DNA of 64,000 nt, taken from the human T2T-CHM13v2.0 reference genome, Homo sapiens. The position numbers and the translations under genes were made by a program. The stretch lies in assembly GCF_009914755.1 (NCBI RefSeq), contig NC_060937.1; one strand, given 5' to 3'. Every line of letters starts with the position of its first letter. Within the stretch, counting starts at the first letter, position 1. The notes beneath the pieces are model-generated. The model was given only the letters and a program-made list of their open reading frames with translations, had not been told where the DNA came from and did not search any database. Positions 1 through 12,927 of this stretch are shown here, piece by piece.

Positions 1-970
1 CTGACTTCTCCAAGCCTCCCTCACAGTCCCTTCATCCTGTAGTATTTGCCCCCAAAGACACTGGATCCTCCTACCTTCTTCACACTCTTGCCCCAGTGAA
101 CTCCTAGAGCAGGGTGGGAGGCAGAGTTCCATGGCAGCCACCACATGTCAGCCTCTGAATGCCCTCCCTTCCACATTCCCAGAGATCCCTGTCTCCATGC
201 CCCACCCTTCATAAAACCTAACAGAGCATCCTGTGCAGAGTAAGACTGAAAAGTGTCTGTTGAGTTAATGAAAAAGTGAATTAACTAGTTGATGTTACTT
301 TTCTAGGTTTACTCTGGGTGAAAATGAGCCAGGAGAACACACTCTACAAGTAAATTAAAATCAGCAGGTTTTTTTTTATGCTCTAGAGAATGAGCGAGGT
401 GATCTGAGAGGAAGCCCTCAGGCGAGCCCCTGAGCTCCTTGGGCCTCGGTAATGAGATGAGGTCTAGAGAAGTTCAGTGGCCCAGACACTGAGAAAGGAG
501 GCTTCTTGGGATTCTGGGGCTTTCTGCTCCGCTAGCTCAGAAATCCTTGAACAGCAGGATCAGTGGTGATTAGAAAAGCTGTCGAAGGAGAAAAAATTCT
601 CAGTTTCACCGGGTCTGGCTGCTCTCATCCTCACTGTTATCTCCAGAGCTTGTGGGTTAGAAGAGATTCCTTTAGCAAATGGTGAAGAAGGGTTGTAACT
701 GTGCGTTTGACTGGAGAATTCTATAGGCTTACCCCGAGGAGTGGATTTGTGCTCTGGCTATAGAGATAGCAATGCCAGGGCTGAATGCAGGTATCATCTC
801 TAGAAACATGGGCTTAAGTTTTGTAATAGCATACAGTGTTCTTATCATGTCTAACCTTGGAATACTGGAGCTGGAATCTTCTCTGACCTGCTATGCTCAT
901 GTTTAAGGCATTACCTTTGGGCATCATCTTTGTTGTAGCTCCTTGCTTGCAAACTTCTATGAAGTCCTTT

Positions 971-1711
971 TTTTAGCGGCAGAATGCATCCGAGTCATGT
1001 GGCACCAAAGTATGTTACCAGCAGTGAATCTCTGTGGATCTGCAGCAACCTTAATTCTTTCCTCCTCAGAAGAAAGAATTTGATCAAGAGGCATAAGGCA
1101 GAGTGCTGAGGCAAGTTTTAGAGCAGGAGTGAAAATTTATTAAAAAGCTTTAGAACAGGAATAAAAGGAAGTAAAGTACACTTGGAAGAGGGCCAAGCAG
1201 GTGACTTGAGAGATCAAGTGTGCAGTCTGACCTTTGGACTTGGGGTTTTATATGTTGGCATGCTTCCAGGGTCTTGTGTCCCTTCTTCCCTGATTATTCC
1301 CTTGGGGTGTGCTGTCTGTATGCGCAGCAGCCTGCCAGCACTTGAGAGGGGATCATGCGCAGTGTGTTTACTAAAGTTGTATGCATGCTCACTTGAGGCG
1401 TACTTGCCTTACCAACTGAATGTTCCTCGAAGGTCATATACCAGTTAAACTCCACCATTTTACCTCTTAATGCACATGTGTGAGCCTGCTCTCCCAACTC
1501 CTGAGATCCTATCAGGAAGCTGCTGATCACCTGCTTCTGGTTTTTTCTATCTCCTGGGAGACTGCCTTTCCCTGGTGCCAACTGCAACAAATTATTATTT
1601 TAGAGAGATAGTTAACAACCACCTGACATCACCTGATGGTTGCCTGACATTCCTGGTTGGCAGGGGCCCTCTCCTGATCTGCTCATGTCTGACTAGCTAC
1701 CTACTGTAACA
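971..1711 (-). mobile_element. Solo ERV1 LTR, MER50-like
   Basis: Minus strand begins TGTTACAGTAGGTAGCTAGTCAGACATGAGCAG, matching the recalled MER50 5' end; body follows recalled consensus; left boundary approximate. Confidence 0.8.
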
Positions 1712-4376
1712 GTTTCTGTGTTATCTTTAATATGTGAGCAAAATGACAATGAGCAACTCATTGTCCTTTAGAGATTAGCAATACGGAAATATTATCTATT
1801 GTTTTATCATTTGAGTCAGAAGAGGCATCTGAGGATCTGTAATATGCTACACTAAATATAACAACAGAAAAGCAGCTTTTCTTTCAAGGGTATATTTGCT
1901 TATCAACTTTCTGGAGAGGCTTTGGGTAAAACATAGCTGTTTTGGACTTTTATCTCCTTCAGCCAAGCACACTGATGCATGCTGATAGCTCACCTCCTTG
2001 TGCTTATGACATTCGGAAAATGTTTTCTAGCCCTTAGCATACTCTTTTCTCATGGAGCCAGTCTCTTGATTCCTTGAAATTTTAACATTTAAAACATATC
2101 CTAAAGCTTCTGGCCTCCTTGAAGACTTTTCAGAAAACCCTTCTCTAGAGCTCTTCAGATTTGGTTGGCTCAGTCAGAGCTTATTTGAAGCCAAAGCAAG
2201 CTACATATGTGACTTCTGTGTCTTATTTGCACATTGTCAAGTCTTTTCATTTAACCTGGGCCTTGGATCTGTCCCACATGGGCAAGGAAGTCCTTTGATA
2301 GTGGCATGATCTTGAGAAGCATATTCTGCAGATGGTGGATGATGTTAATAGAGTCTAACTAATCAACAGGTTTAACTTGGCATAGAGGAAATGAGACATG
2401 AAGGCCCAAAGCGTGGCTGATAAAAAGGCACAGAGTTACCTGAATGGGCTGTGTTCCATTTTAAGGTTCCTGGTCCAAATGTAATTGAGAACTGTCGTGG
2501 CTCAAAGCCCTAGTATCACAACTGACGGCTATTTGGCCATTTCCTGCTTTGGGCTCTTAGTTCAGTTACTAGAGGACATATGCCCTGCAGACTTCAACTC
2601 ACAAGTATAAAGAAATCATATCTTTAAAAAAATACGGTTTCCAAAAATATAACATAACTAAATAAAACCCAGTACTGAAGGCAGGAAGAAAGAGCAGTCT
2701 CTTAATGCTTAGTTGAAGTAGCTGCTACAGCACATGGGACATTTTGTTCATTTCTTTTATTGAAGACAGATTGGAGAAATGAGAAGCAGTTGAGTTCGGG
2801 AAATTAATTATTGTATCATGTTGTCAAATCTTGTAATATTTTAAATGTAGGATTACATGGACATCATCTGAGAACTAGCAGCTATAAGGCAGCAGGGGAT
2901 TGATGAGGAAAAGCAAAATGTTCTTGAGTCAGTCATTAAATCAGTTTTCCTGAAGAAAGGATAACCTTGTGTTATATGCATTCGGGGTTACAGAGTGAAA
3001 AATGTATTCTGCATTCTCATGTACACCAGGGGCATAATCTGACCCAGGTGTAACCCAATCTATGAATCAAAAGGTGCTTTATAACAGGATTTAATTGTAC
3101 TTGTCTGGAATTTTGCCCCTCATTCTAGTTGTGGGATTTAATTAATCCTTACCCAGAGGTCAGTCACTTTGAGACAAATGCCATAAAAGGACAGAGAATT
3201 ATCTCACTGTGAATTACAGTTAAGCACAGCCAGTTTTCATTTTATTACTATTATCAATTGTTTAAAAAACTTTGCTGAATGATTTCATTGTACATGTGCC
3301 TTCAGGCTTTCTACAGCAATTTGGAAAATACATTATAGAATAAACCACAAGATTATTAAAATGACATTAAACAGTATAAGGCCTAATTTCAAAGAAGGTT
3401 GTAATATCCATATTTACTCATATTTCATCTCCTTATATAATTATTCACACTCTGTATTTTGGGGATAGAACTTATAAGCGTGTGTTCCTACCTAATTATC
3501 TCACCACTTCCCCCTTAATTTTTTTCTTTTCTTCTTTTCTGTTGAAGGAACTCTGACTTCTAGCAAGAGCTCTTAGGAGAATTTCAGAACTAGAGGCTGA
3601 GTGATCTGGATAAAAACACCAGAATCCCTTTTTAATGTTCTTTCCTTTCAACATATCTAATTTTTTTTTCCTTCCAAAGAATACCTTTTGAACAAAACAG
3701 AGTGGGTTTGTCCTCACCACAGTTGGCAAAGGCTTAGATTAAAGCTTTCTTCCTATTGCCCTTTTATTGCCAGTTTCTTACCTGTTTCTGCCCCCTTCTT
3801 TCCTGAAGTGATAGAGATTGGTCTGTGACTGCTGCTACTGCCACCGAGCGAAATTAAGAAGGGGAAATTAAGAAGGGGAGGATGTGAGTAATAGCTCCCT
3901 CCAGACATCTGCTTGTGCTTCGGACCCCCACAACCCTGGGGGAATGGAGAGCAGATCTGAGGTGATTTGCCTGAAGCCGTTGCTTGGTAACCTGTTTTGA
4001 AGCAAACACACTGAAGTATTAAATATAAAACTTGAAAGAAAAGGAAATTTAAAATAAAGCCCACCTTTTAATCACTGCATATTTTCCCTCCCCCTTTTCT
4101 AATTCATCTTCCCTTTTTATCTCTTCAAATAAGGGGTCAGAGGTATATTTCAATCAAGATCTTTACCACAATCCCTTCTTTACACCCAGATAAAGGGTTG
4201 GATGTGGGAGGATGGTTTGTCATAAAAATATAAAATAACTTGCCTGGGTGAGTTGCCGTAGTAGAAAGAGTGCTGCATTTACAGCCAGACCACCAGTGTT
4301 CAAGTTCTAGCTTAGCTATTAACAATTGCAACTACTTAACCACACAGTGCTTCAGTTTATTAAGTTGCAACATGGG

Positions 4377-5065
<689 letters not shown>

Positions 5066-5269
5066 ATGGGCCATAATATTATTCTTAAAATGTTTTTCTA
5101 TTTCACAAGTATTTGGTAATTCAGAAATGATATAAATATTGTATAAAACTTAAAATGAAAAATACATACTATAGAAATGTATAGTGCATGTTAAAGGAGC
5201 AGTGTCATATTGATCTTGGTTTTTTCTTTGCTTGTGTGTTTCTTCCATTATACCAAGCAAATAGGAATA

Positions 5270-5940
5270 ACCTAATATTTATGTTTCAAGTACTGTGCTA
5301 AGTGGCTTGCATGTATTATTTATTTATATAACTATTGGGTACTAGCACCATATCTATTTTACAGACAAGGAAACAAAGGCACAGAAAGGTAAAGTAAGTG
5401 CCCAAGGTCACACAGCTGGTAGTAGGGCCTGGAGTGGGTTGAATTTTGCTGCACCCCCAACCCAACAAAAAGATATGTCCAAATCCTAATTCCTGGTACT
5501 TGTGAATATGGCCTTATTTGGAAAAGGATCTTTGTATGCGATTAAATTGAGGCTCTAGAAATGAGGTCATGCTAGATGAGAGTGGGCCCTAAATCCACTG
5601 TGAGTGTCCTTCTAAGAGACTGACAGATGCACAGACACACAAAGGGAAGATGGAGACAGAGACTGGAGTAACAGTGTCACAAGCCTAGAAATGTCTGGGG
5701 CCACCAGGAGCTCAGACGAAGTAAGAAGGGATTCTTCCCTAGAGCCTTCAGAGCGAGCATGGCTCTACCAACACCTTCCTTTAGGACTTCTAGCCTCCAG
5801 AACTGCCAAAGAATAAACGTGTGTTATTGTAAACCACCCAGTTTGTGGTAATTTGTTGTGCAGCTTTAGGAAATGAACACAGGGCCCACGGATTGAAATT
5901 GAGGGACTCTGACTCCAGAACATTAACATTTGATCACTTT
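5270..5940 (-). mobile_element. MIR split by an MLT1 insertion (about 5270-5424 and 5887-5940)
   Basis: MIR core TTTTACAGACAAGGAAACAAAGGCACAGAAAGGTAAAGTAAGTGCCCAAGGTCACACAGCT; resumes with CTGACTCCAGA after the LTR. Confidence 0.75.
5430..5881 (+). mobile_element. Solo MaLR LTR, MLT1C-like
   Basis: TG...CA termini, MLT1 body (TTCTAGCCTCCAGAACTG, AATAAA); 5-bp TSD GGGCC at 5425-5429 and 5882-5886. Confidence 0.88.
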
Positions 5941-7182
5941 GTTTTACTTTCCCTTTTTATTTGAAATATAAGTAAATTTGGGAGAAAAGAAAATTATCGA
6001 AGTGAATGTGGTTATAATTGTTTTTGGTGAAGTGGAATGGTTAAATGGGGAAATGTTTTGTCACACAAGCTAAGTTGTTATGTAGGGGTGGGATTGTTGG
6101 AACCCTTAGTTTTTTAAATGTCCAGTCCAGAAGTTGCCTAGAATAAATTTTTAAAAATTAAAGACATCTTTTCGAAGGATGAAATAGTGAATTAATACCC
6201 AGCAAAGATAAATAAAGTTACTGACAAGTAAATATAATTAAAGCAAAATACAAAAAGATTCTACTTGATGAGGTGAGATTTGTATTACTATTATTATTAA
6301 TTATTATGATTAGTCATTTAAAAATTAATAATGACAATACCAATTTTTGATTAATATTGTCTTATGTTCTAAGAGGGAAAAGAACTATTTGATAGTTTGA
6401 TAGTTTTATACTGAGCTTTTTGGATTAGACTAAAACTTCTCTGAACAATCTAGCATTTCCTAGTCATATGTTAAGTATTTTCTTTATGTAAAAATTTTTG
6501 TTTTGTAAAATATTTTCTCCATTTTTACTGATTTACAAATCTACTTTAAAAAACTTTTAAAAATGTACTTCTCTGGTGGTTGAGAAAAGCTCTAGTTGAA
6601 GCTTGCCTCTTCTCTTGACCTCTTCTCCTGCCTTGCCTCTTTACCAAACCACTTTGCACAATGCAGCCCAGCTAGAAGGCTCAGAAGCCACACTTCCCAT
6701 GCGCCCCACTCACCTTTCTCTGAGGAACAAGAAGGACCAAAAAGCCTCAGCAAATAAGCAAGTGGGTGCCAGCACCAGTGTCCCAATCCACCTATGGAAG
6801 TATCCAGAGCAGCTACTAAGCTATGTCTTTTTATGATCAGTAAAAACTTAAGTCTGTGTGAGCTAATTCTCTATCTCCATGTTTCATTTTTCTCTTCATG
6901 TTGGATCCCACATTTGCAACTCTCTGTTGCAGTCCTCCCCTTGGTTTCCCCCCTAGTCCATTGAATCAAATGCCATTGTTGGAGTCCTTCCTTCTCTTTC
7001 CCCTTCCAACCTGACCCTAACCTGGACCTTTTCTAAATTACTCATTTCTGTTAAAGGCACCACATTCGCCCTGGAATGGAGGCTCACGGCTTTGCCAACA
7101 TCTTTGATTCTGACCCCTTATTGCACGTGCTTCCAGTCAGTTACCAAGAGCTGTTAAGTATATGCCATAATGTCCTTCACAT

Positions 7183-7836
7183 TGAGAGGTGAAGCCAGCT
7201 GGACTTCCTGGGTCGAGTGGGGACTTGGAGAACTTTTCTGTCTAGCTAAAGGATTGTAAATGCACCAATCAGCACTCTGTAAAAACACACCGATCAGTGC
7301 TCTGGGTCTAGCTAAAGGATTGTAAACATACCAATCAGCACTCTGTAAAAACGTACCAATCAGAACTCTGTGTCTAGGTAAAGGATAGTAAATGCACCAA
7401 TCAGCACTCTATAAAATGGACCAATCAGCACTCTGTAAAATGGACCAATCAGCAGGATGTGGATGGAGCCAAATAAGGGAATAAAAAAGCTGGCCACCTG
7501 AGCCAGCAGCCGCAATCTGTTCAGGTCCCCTTCCACGCTGTGGAAGCTTTGTTCTTTCGCTCTTCACAGTAAATCTTGCTGCTGCTCACTCTTTGGGTCT
7601 GCACTACCTTTATGAGCTGTAACACTCACGGTGAGGGTCTGCGGATTCATTTCTGAAGTTAGCGAGACCATGAACCCACCAGAAGGAAGAAACTCCTGAC
7701 ACATCTGAACATCTGAAGGAACAAACTCTGGACACACCATCTTTAAGAACCGTAACACTCACCACGAGGGTCCGTGGCTTCATTCTTGAAGTCAGTGAGC
7801 CCAAGAACCTACCAGAAGGAATAAATTCTGGACACA
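7183..7836 (+). mobile_element. Solo ERV9 LTR (LTR12 family, short form)
   Basis: TGAGAGGTGAAGCCAGCTGG...CTGGACACA; tandem CCAATCAGCACTCTG units; 4-bp TSD ACAT at 7179-7182 and 7837-7840. Confidence 0.93.
7265..7490 (+). promoter_or_regulatory. LTR12 U3 promoter with six CCAAT (NF-Y) boxes and an AATAAA-type TATA element
   Basis: CCAATCAG at 7265, 7331, 7356, 7397, 7421 and 7445; AATAAAAAA at 7480-7488; activity is inferred from family behaviour only. Confidence 0.6.
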
Positions 7837-9455
7837 ACATCCAAACCACCCTCTCTATTCCCACTGTCATTACCTAGTTTGGCCTCTTAGTGCTTCCTGC
7901 CCAGGCTATTGAAACAACACTCTGCCCACATGCTTAGACAATTTCCCACATCCATTTTGATTGGCCCAGACCTTGCCATTCTATTTATTAAATATTTTAA
8001 ATATCCCTCCTTCCTGTTTCACTAACAACAGACAAAAGTTTGGTATTAACAGAGATGGTAAGGGAAAATGTTAAACCCCACTTGAGCAGGACTCCACCCT
8101 ATTCTTCCCGACTTGGGTTGGCCTTTCAGGATTGGTGCTGTTATCTGGAGTTGGTGCTCTGTGATCACAGAAAACTCACATTGATGTCATTTTCCCTTAA
8201 AGTGTACCTCATGCTGAACCACACTATTTCCCATTATTCTGCTGTTTAAAATGCTGCTGCAGTCCTTGTTTCTTAGACATTCAGGACCCTGCGTAGGCTT
8301 CAAATATTTGAATGAAAAATTAACAAAGGTAGTGAAGTAACTGGTTCCTACAGATTTATTCTATGATTTAATTATATATTCGGCAGGAAGTTACTCACCC
8401 AGAGATACTTCTTTTCTTCCAGAAAGGACAATTTCTTTCCGATAATATGTCTTGCTCGAATTGTTGCCATTCTTCCTCAGTACCCCTCCACCATGCCTGA
8501 ACTCTTGACATCCAAGTAAATCCAGAGATCTCTCTGGAATCACTAAAAGAGTTACTGTTTTCGTTGACAGTCTCACTATTGTCTGCTAAAATTTTACCAG
8601 TCAGTTCAAGTGACAGTTGGAGGACACAGTAGAGAAAATGTTTCCATAATCAGAAGTCTTACTGATGTGTAGTCATCAAGCTTCAGAGGGGCTGGAAACT
8701 CAAATAGGTTGAGAGTTGGTGAGGTCAAACATGAACTCTCAGCACATTGTCAACACCGTGGGTCTTGCCAATTTCTTATACAAAATACCACTGTTTTTCT
8801 CTAAAGTGGTTTATATGCTCAGCAGTAAAGCTGAGGTATGCTCACAGTTTGTTTCTGTGCTGTATTTTGGGACAGGGGCTTGTCCTGTGCAATCCAGAGG
8901 CCTGGGCTGGGTGGGCACAGTCTTTTCACAGGCTAATGCTTTAGGTGATTGGCAGGTCCGACCAGTTCCCATGGCCCCTCAGCTGACTTTTGGGCTCCAG
9001 AGTCCAAGCTGCTTTGTTCATTATTTCCCACTGTCTTGTCCCCCTTCCTTGCTCTTCTCTGGAGTGAGACTGAGAGGCTAGTGCTGCTGTCCCCCAGCCC
9101 GTTGGTACCCTGTCACTTCTCAGAGCATTTTCTGTTTAACCAAAATCAAATAAAACAATTGCAACACCAAAACTCAAAGAAACAGAGGATCAAAGGATGC
9201 ATATGTGTAGCCAGAAAAGCAGTCCCTGGGTCTTAAAGGTGTTGTGCAAATCGAGCTCCTACCCTATTTTCATCTTGTGTTTGAACTTTTGTATTCCCAT
9301 TGGAATTAACCTTGTTCTGCTCCCTCCTGAGGTTGGAGCTTAAGTTCCCAGCTGTGGCTGGTAGCTGTTCCAAGATGTTTCTTTTACATAACCTATATTT
9401 TTCAGTTCTGAACAGAGTGGTTCTGAAGTAAGTGCTTCACACCTGCGTGGGTGTC

Positions 9456-9799
9456 TGCTATTGTTTGAATGTGTCACCTAAAATATATGTGTTGGAAATT
9501 TAATCTCCAATGCAGCAGTATTGGGAAGCAGGGCCTTTTGGGAGGTGTTTAGGTCATGAAGGTTCTGCCCTGATGAATGCATGAATGCTGCTATAAAAAG
9601 GGCTTTTGGGAGTGGTTTTGCTCTTTCTTTTCCTTCCTCCTTCCACTATGTGAGGACGCAGCAAGCCGACTCTCATCAGATGCCAGCACCTTGATCATGG
9701 GTTTCCCAGACTCCAGAACTGTGAGACAATACACTTCTGACCTTTATAAATTACCCAGTCTCAGGTGTTCTGTTGTAGAAGCACAAGCAGACTAAGAGA
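9456..9799 (+). mobile_element. Solo MaLR LTR, MST-type (MSTC-like)
   Basis: TGCTATTGTTTGAATGTG start; ATAAATTACCCAGTCTCAGG...GACTAAGA end. Confidence 0.8.
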
Positions 9800-9869
9800 G
9801 AATCTCTCTTCTTCTTTGACCTAAGGGTTATCCTGTATTTTCCATCTTGGCTAATTGTTTCCATCTAGA

Positions 9870-10745
<876 letters not shown>

Positions 10746-11562
10746 AGTCCATTATCCAGAGGGCCTGCTGTGTCCAGCTGATCTGCAGTTGACTACATAT
10801 CCCCTGCACTGCTCTCCGGAGGCTGACGCTGATGACTCAGTGCCCAGAAGAGAAGGGCTTTTCCTGTATGAGCCACAGATTCTCTTTAAATTGCCTTCAG
10901 GTCATGCACATTTGTTGCCATCTTCTTTCTTTACTGTAAATTACCAGGATTCCTGGCTACTTTACCTTTATTTTCTCCAGGGTCTAGACTGCGTCTGATA
11001 GGATCATAGGTTCTTGCTCTCTGTGTGGTGTAGTAATTATAAATTTTCTTGGTGAGCAGATTAAACATGTAGATTCACGTTCAACTCTGGGGTTTTCCCC
11101 CAAGGATTATAATTAATACCCTAGCAAACAGGGATATACGCATCCCTGTTCACATCTGGGGTACAGAAAGAGCACCCCTTGCCTCAACAGGTAACCCGAA
11201 CCATTAGCTTTGCTCTGATTGGCCTCATTCACCCCAAACCAATCTGGATGGCTGGGTTCAAGCATGGAAATGTAGCCATCCAAGCTGTTGATTCATCTGC
11301 ATGACTTAAAGGACTTGAAATCTTTAACCAAATTTGGCATAATTTAATTTGGCTGTGTGTAAGCATAACGATGAAATAACACTTTGACCCCAGACGTTTA
11401 AGGAGAAAGAAATATAATCAGGAAGAATTGTGGTCCAACAAGAGTAACACCATATTTCCATAGTAGTTGCAAACACAGCCAAGAGCAGCCTGTCAGGCAG
11501 CAGGACTTTAGAGGCCTTGTGGGATCATATTTAACCTGGTGAAGCTCAGCTAGAACTTAGAA

Positions 11563-11751
11563 CAGTGTTTGTCAAATTGATCACAGGAGTCAACAGAAGT
11601 ACTTATAAAAAGTGCAGATTCCTAGACTCTCCCTTAGAGATTTTAATTCAGTTAGAGCTAGTTGGGACTGTATATATAAAATATAAGAATCTGTATTTTT
11701 AATAAATTCTCCAGCTGAGTTTTTATGATCGGGCAAGCCTGGGGAATAGTG
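11563..11751. mobile_element. hAT-Charlie MITE, MER5-type
   Basis: CAGTGTTT start, TGCAGATTCCTAG and GAATCTGTATTTTTAATAAA motifs; about 190 bp. Confidence 0.65.
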
Positions 11752-12407
11752 TTGCCAAAAAAGAAATCAAATCACTCTGTGGTAGGAAGAATAAGAAAGC
11801 ATCAAGGACTCGGTAGGCATTTAGTACAGACACTGGTCAATGGGATACAAAATCCTCAGGAGGCTCCAGCTTACTGAGTGGTAACTCTCCCCACTTCCCA
11901 CATACACACTAATTTCAGTCCAATTTGGTTCTATCATTTAAACTGTCTCCTTAGAGTTAAATCAATGCTTTGGGATAATTGCTTAGGCTTTTGAATGTCT
12001 CCCCTTTTCTTGGAACTCTGCGTAAGGCGATGTCTGGGTAATGGGAGTGCAGCTCATATACCCTTAATGCATGGGGAGAAGGGGACCCTTGGCCTGGTGC
12101 TGGACTTTGAGTGGGCCCTGGCTGTCACCTGCTTTGGAGTGTTAGGCTCATTTTGTTGTTGGTATCTTATAGCTGATGGTCCCTTAATCTTTCTTTCTTG
12201 ACTTGTACTGGTCGAGATCCTCTCTCTGCCCACCCTCCTGTTCTTGGCTATCTGTGACATGTAAATCTCCATGAGTCTCCCCACATCTGCCATGTGGGGT
12301 GCCCTTGGCCAAGGTTCTATCTGCCATAGCTTCTACAAGATTATCTGTCCTGCCTCCTCATCTATACTAAATCTTTGGATTGCAAAAATACCTTGTGGCA
12401 AGTTGAC

Positions 12408-12927
12408 TGTATCTGTTATATATTGCTTCACAATAATCTGCCCTAAAATTTAAACACTTCAACAACAAGAAATAATTTATTTTGCTCATGAAAATACAAT
12501 TTTTTTAGTGCTCAGCAAAGACAACTCATCTACTCAACATGGGGGTCAGCTTGGGCAGATTGACTTAAGGCTGGCAGATTCACTTTCATGATGGCTCACT
12601 CATATGCCTGGCAAATTGTTACTGTTATCTGGGAAGTCAGTGAGAGTGTGGGCTAGGGACATTGCTTCTCTTCATGTAGGTCTCTTCAGATGCTGCTTGA
12701 GCTTCCTTCCAACATGGTGGTTGGATCTCAAAAATAAGCATCCCAAGGGATAGATAATGAAAACCCAGTATCTTGAAACCTGGGTACGAAAACTACCATA
12801 ATGTTTCTTTCTCTGAATTCAGTTCCTCGAGCAGTCATAAAGGCCAGACTTATGAGAAGGGGACATAGACCTGTCTCTCAATAGAAGGACAGTCAACTAA
12901 TTTAGGGGTCATCTTTTTAAAATGCCA
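12408..12927 (-). mobile_element. Old MaLR LTR, MLT1G/H-like
   Basis: TGTATCTGTTATATATTGCT start; GATGGCTCACTCATATGCCTGGCAA; GGGGACATAGACC...TCTCAAT. Confidence 0.7.

Larger units (their letters stand above)
7040..7920 (+). mobile_element. Degraded L2 fragment split by LTR12
   Basis: Resemblance to the L2 core (AAAGGCACCAC...CATCTTTGATTC...ACCAAG; CCCACTGTCATTACCTAG) on both sides of the LTR. Confidence 0.55.

Noticed and set aside
7240-7455. Regularly spaced CCAATCAGCACTCTG repeats, superficially CRISPR-like
   Set aside because: They are the normal tandem U3 repeats of LTR12; the spacers resemble one another and no cas genes are present in this primate DNA
9403-9433. Possible 22-nt microexon (TTTTTCAG|...GAA|GTAAGT)
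   Set aside because: Not a multiple of three, no host gene seen, and such site pairs are expected by chance
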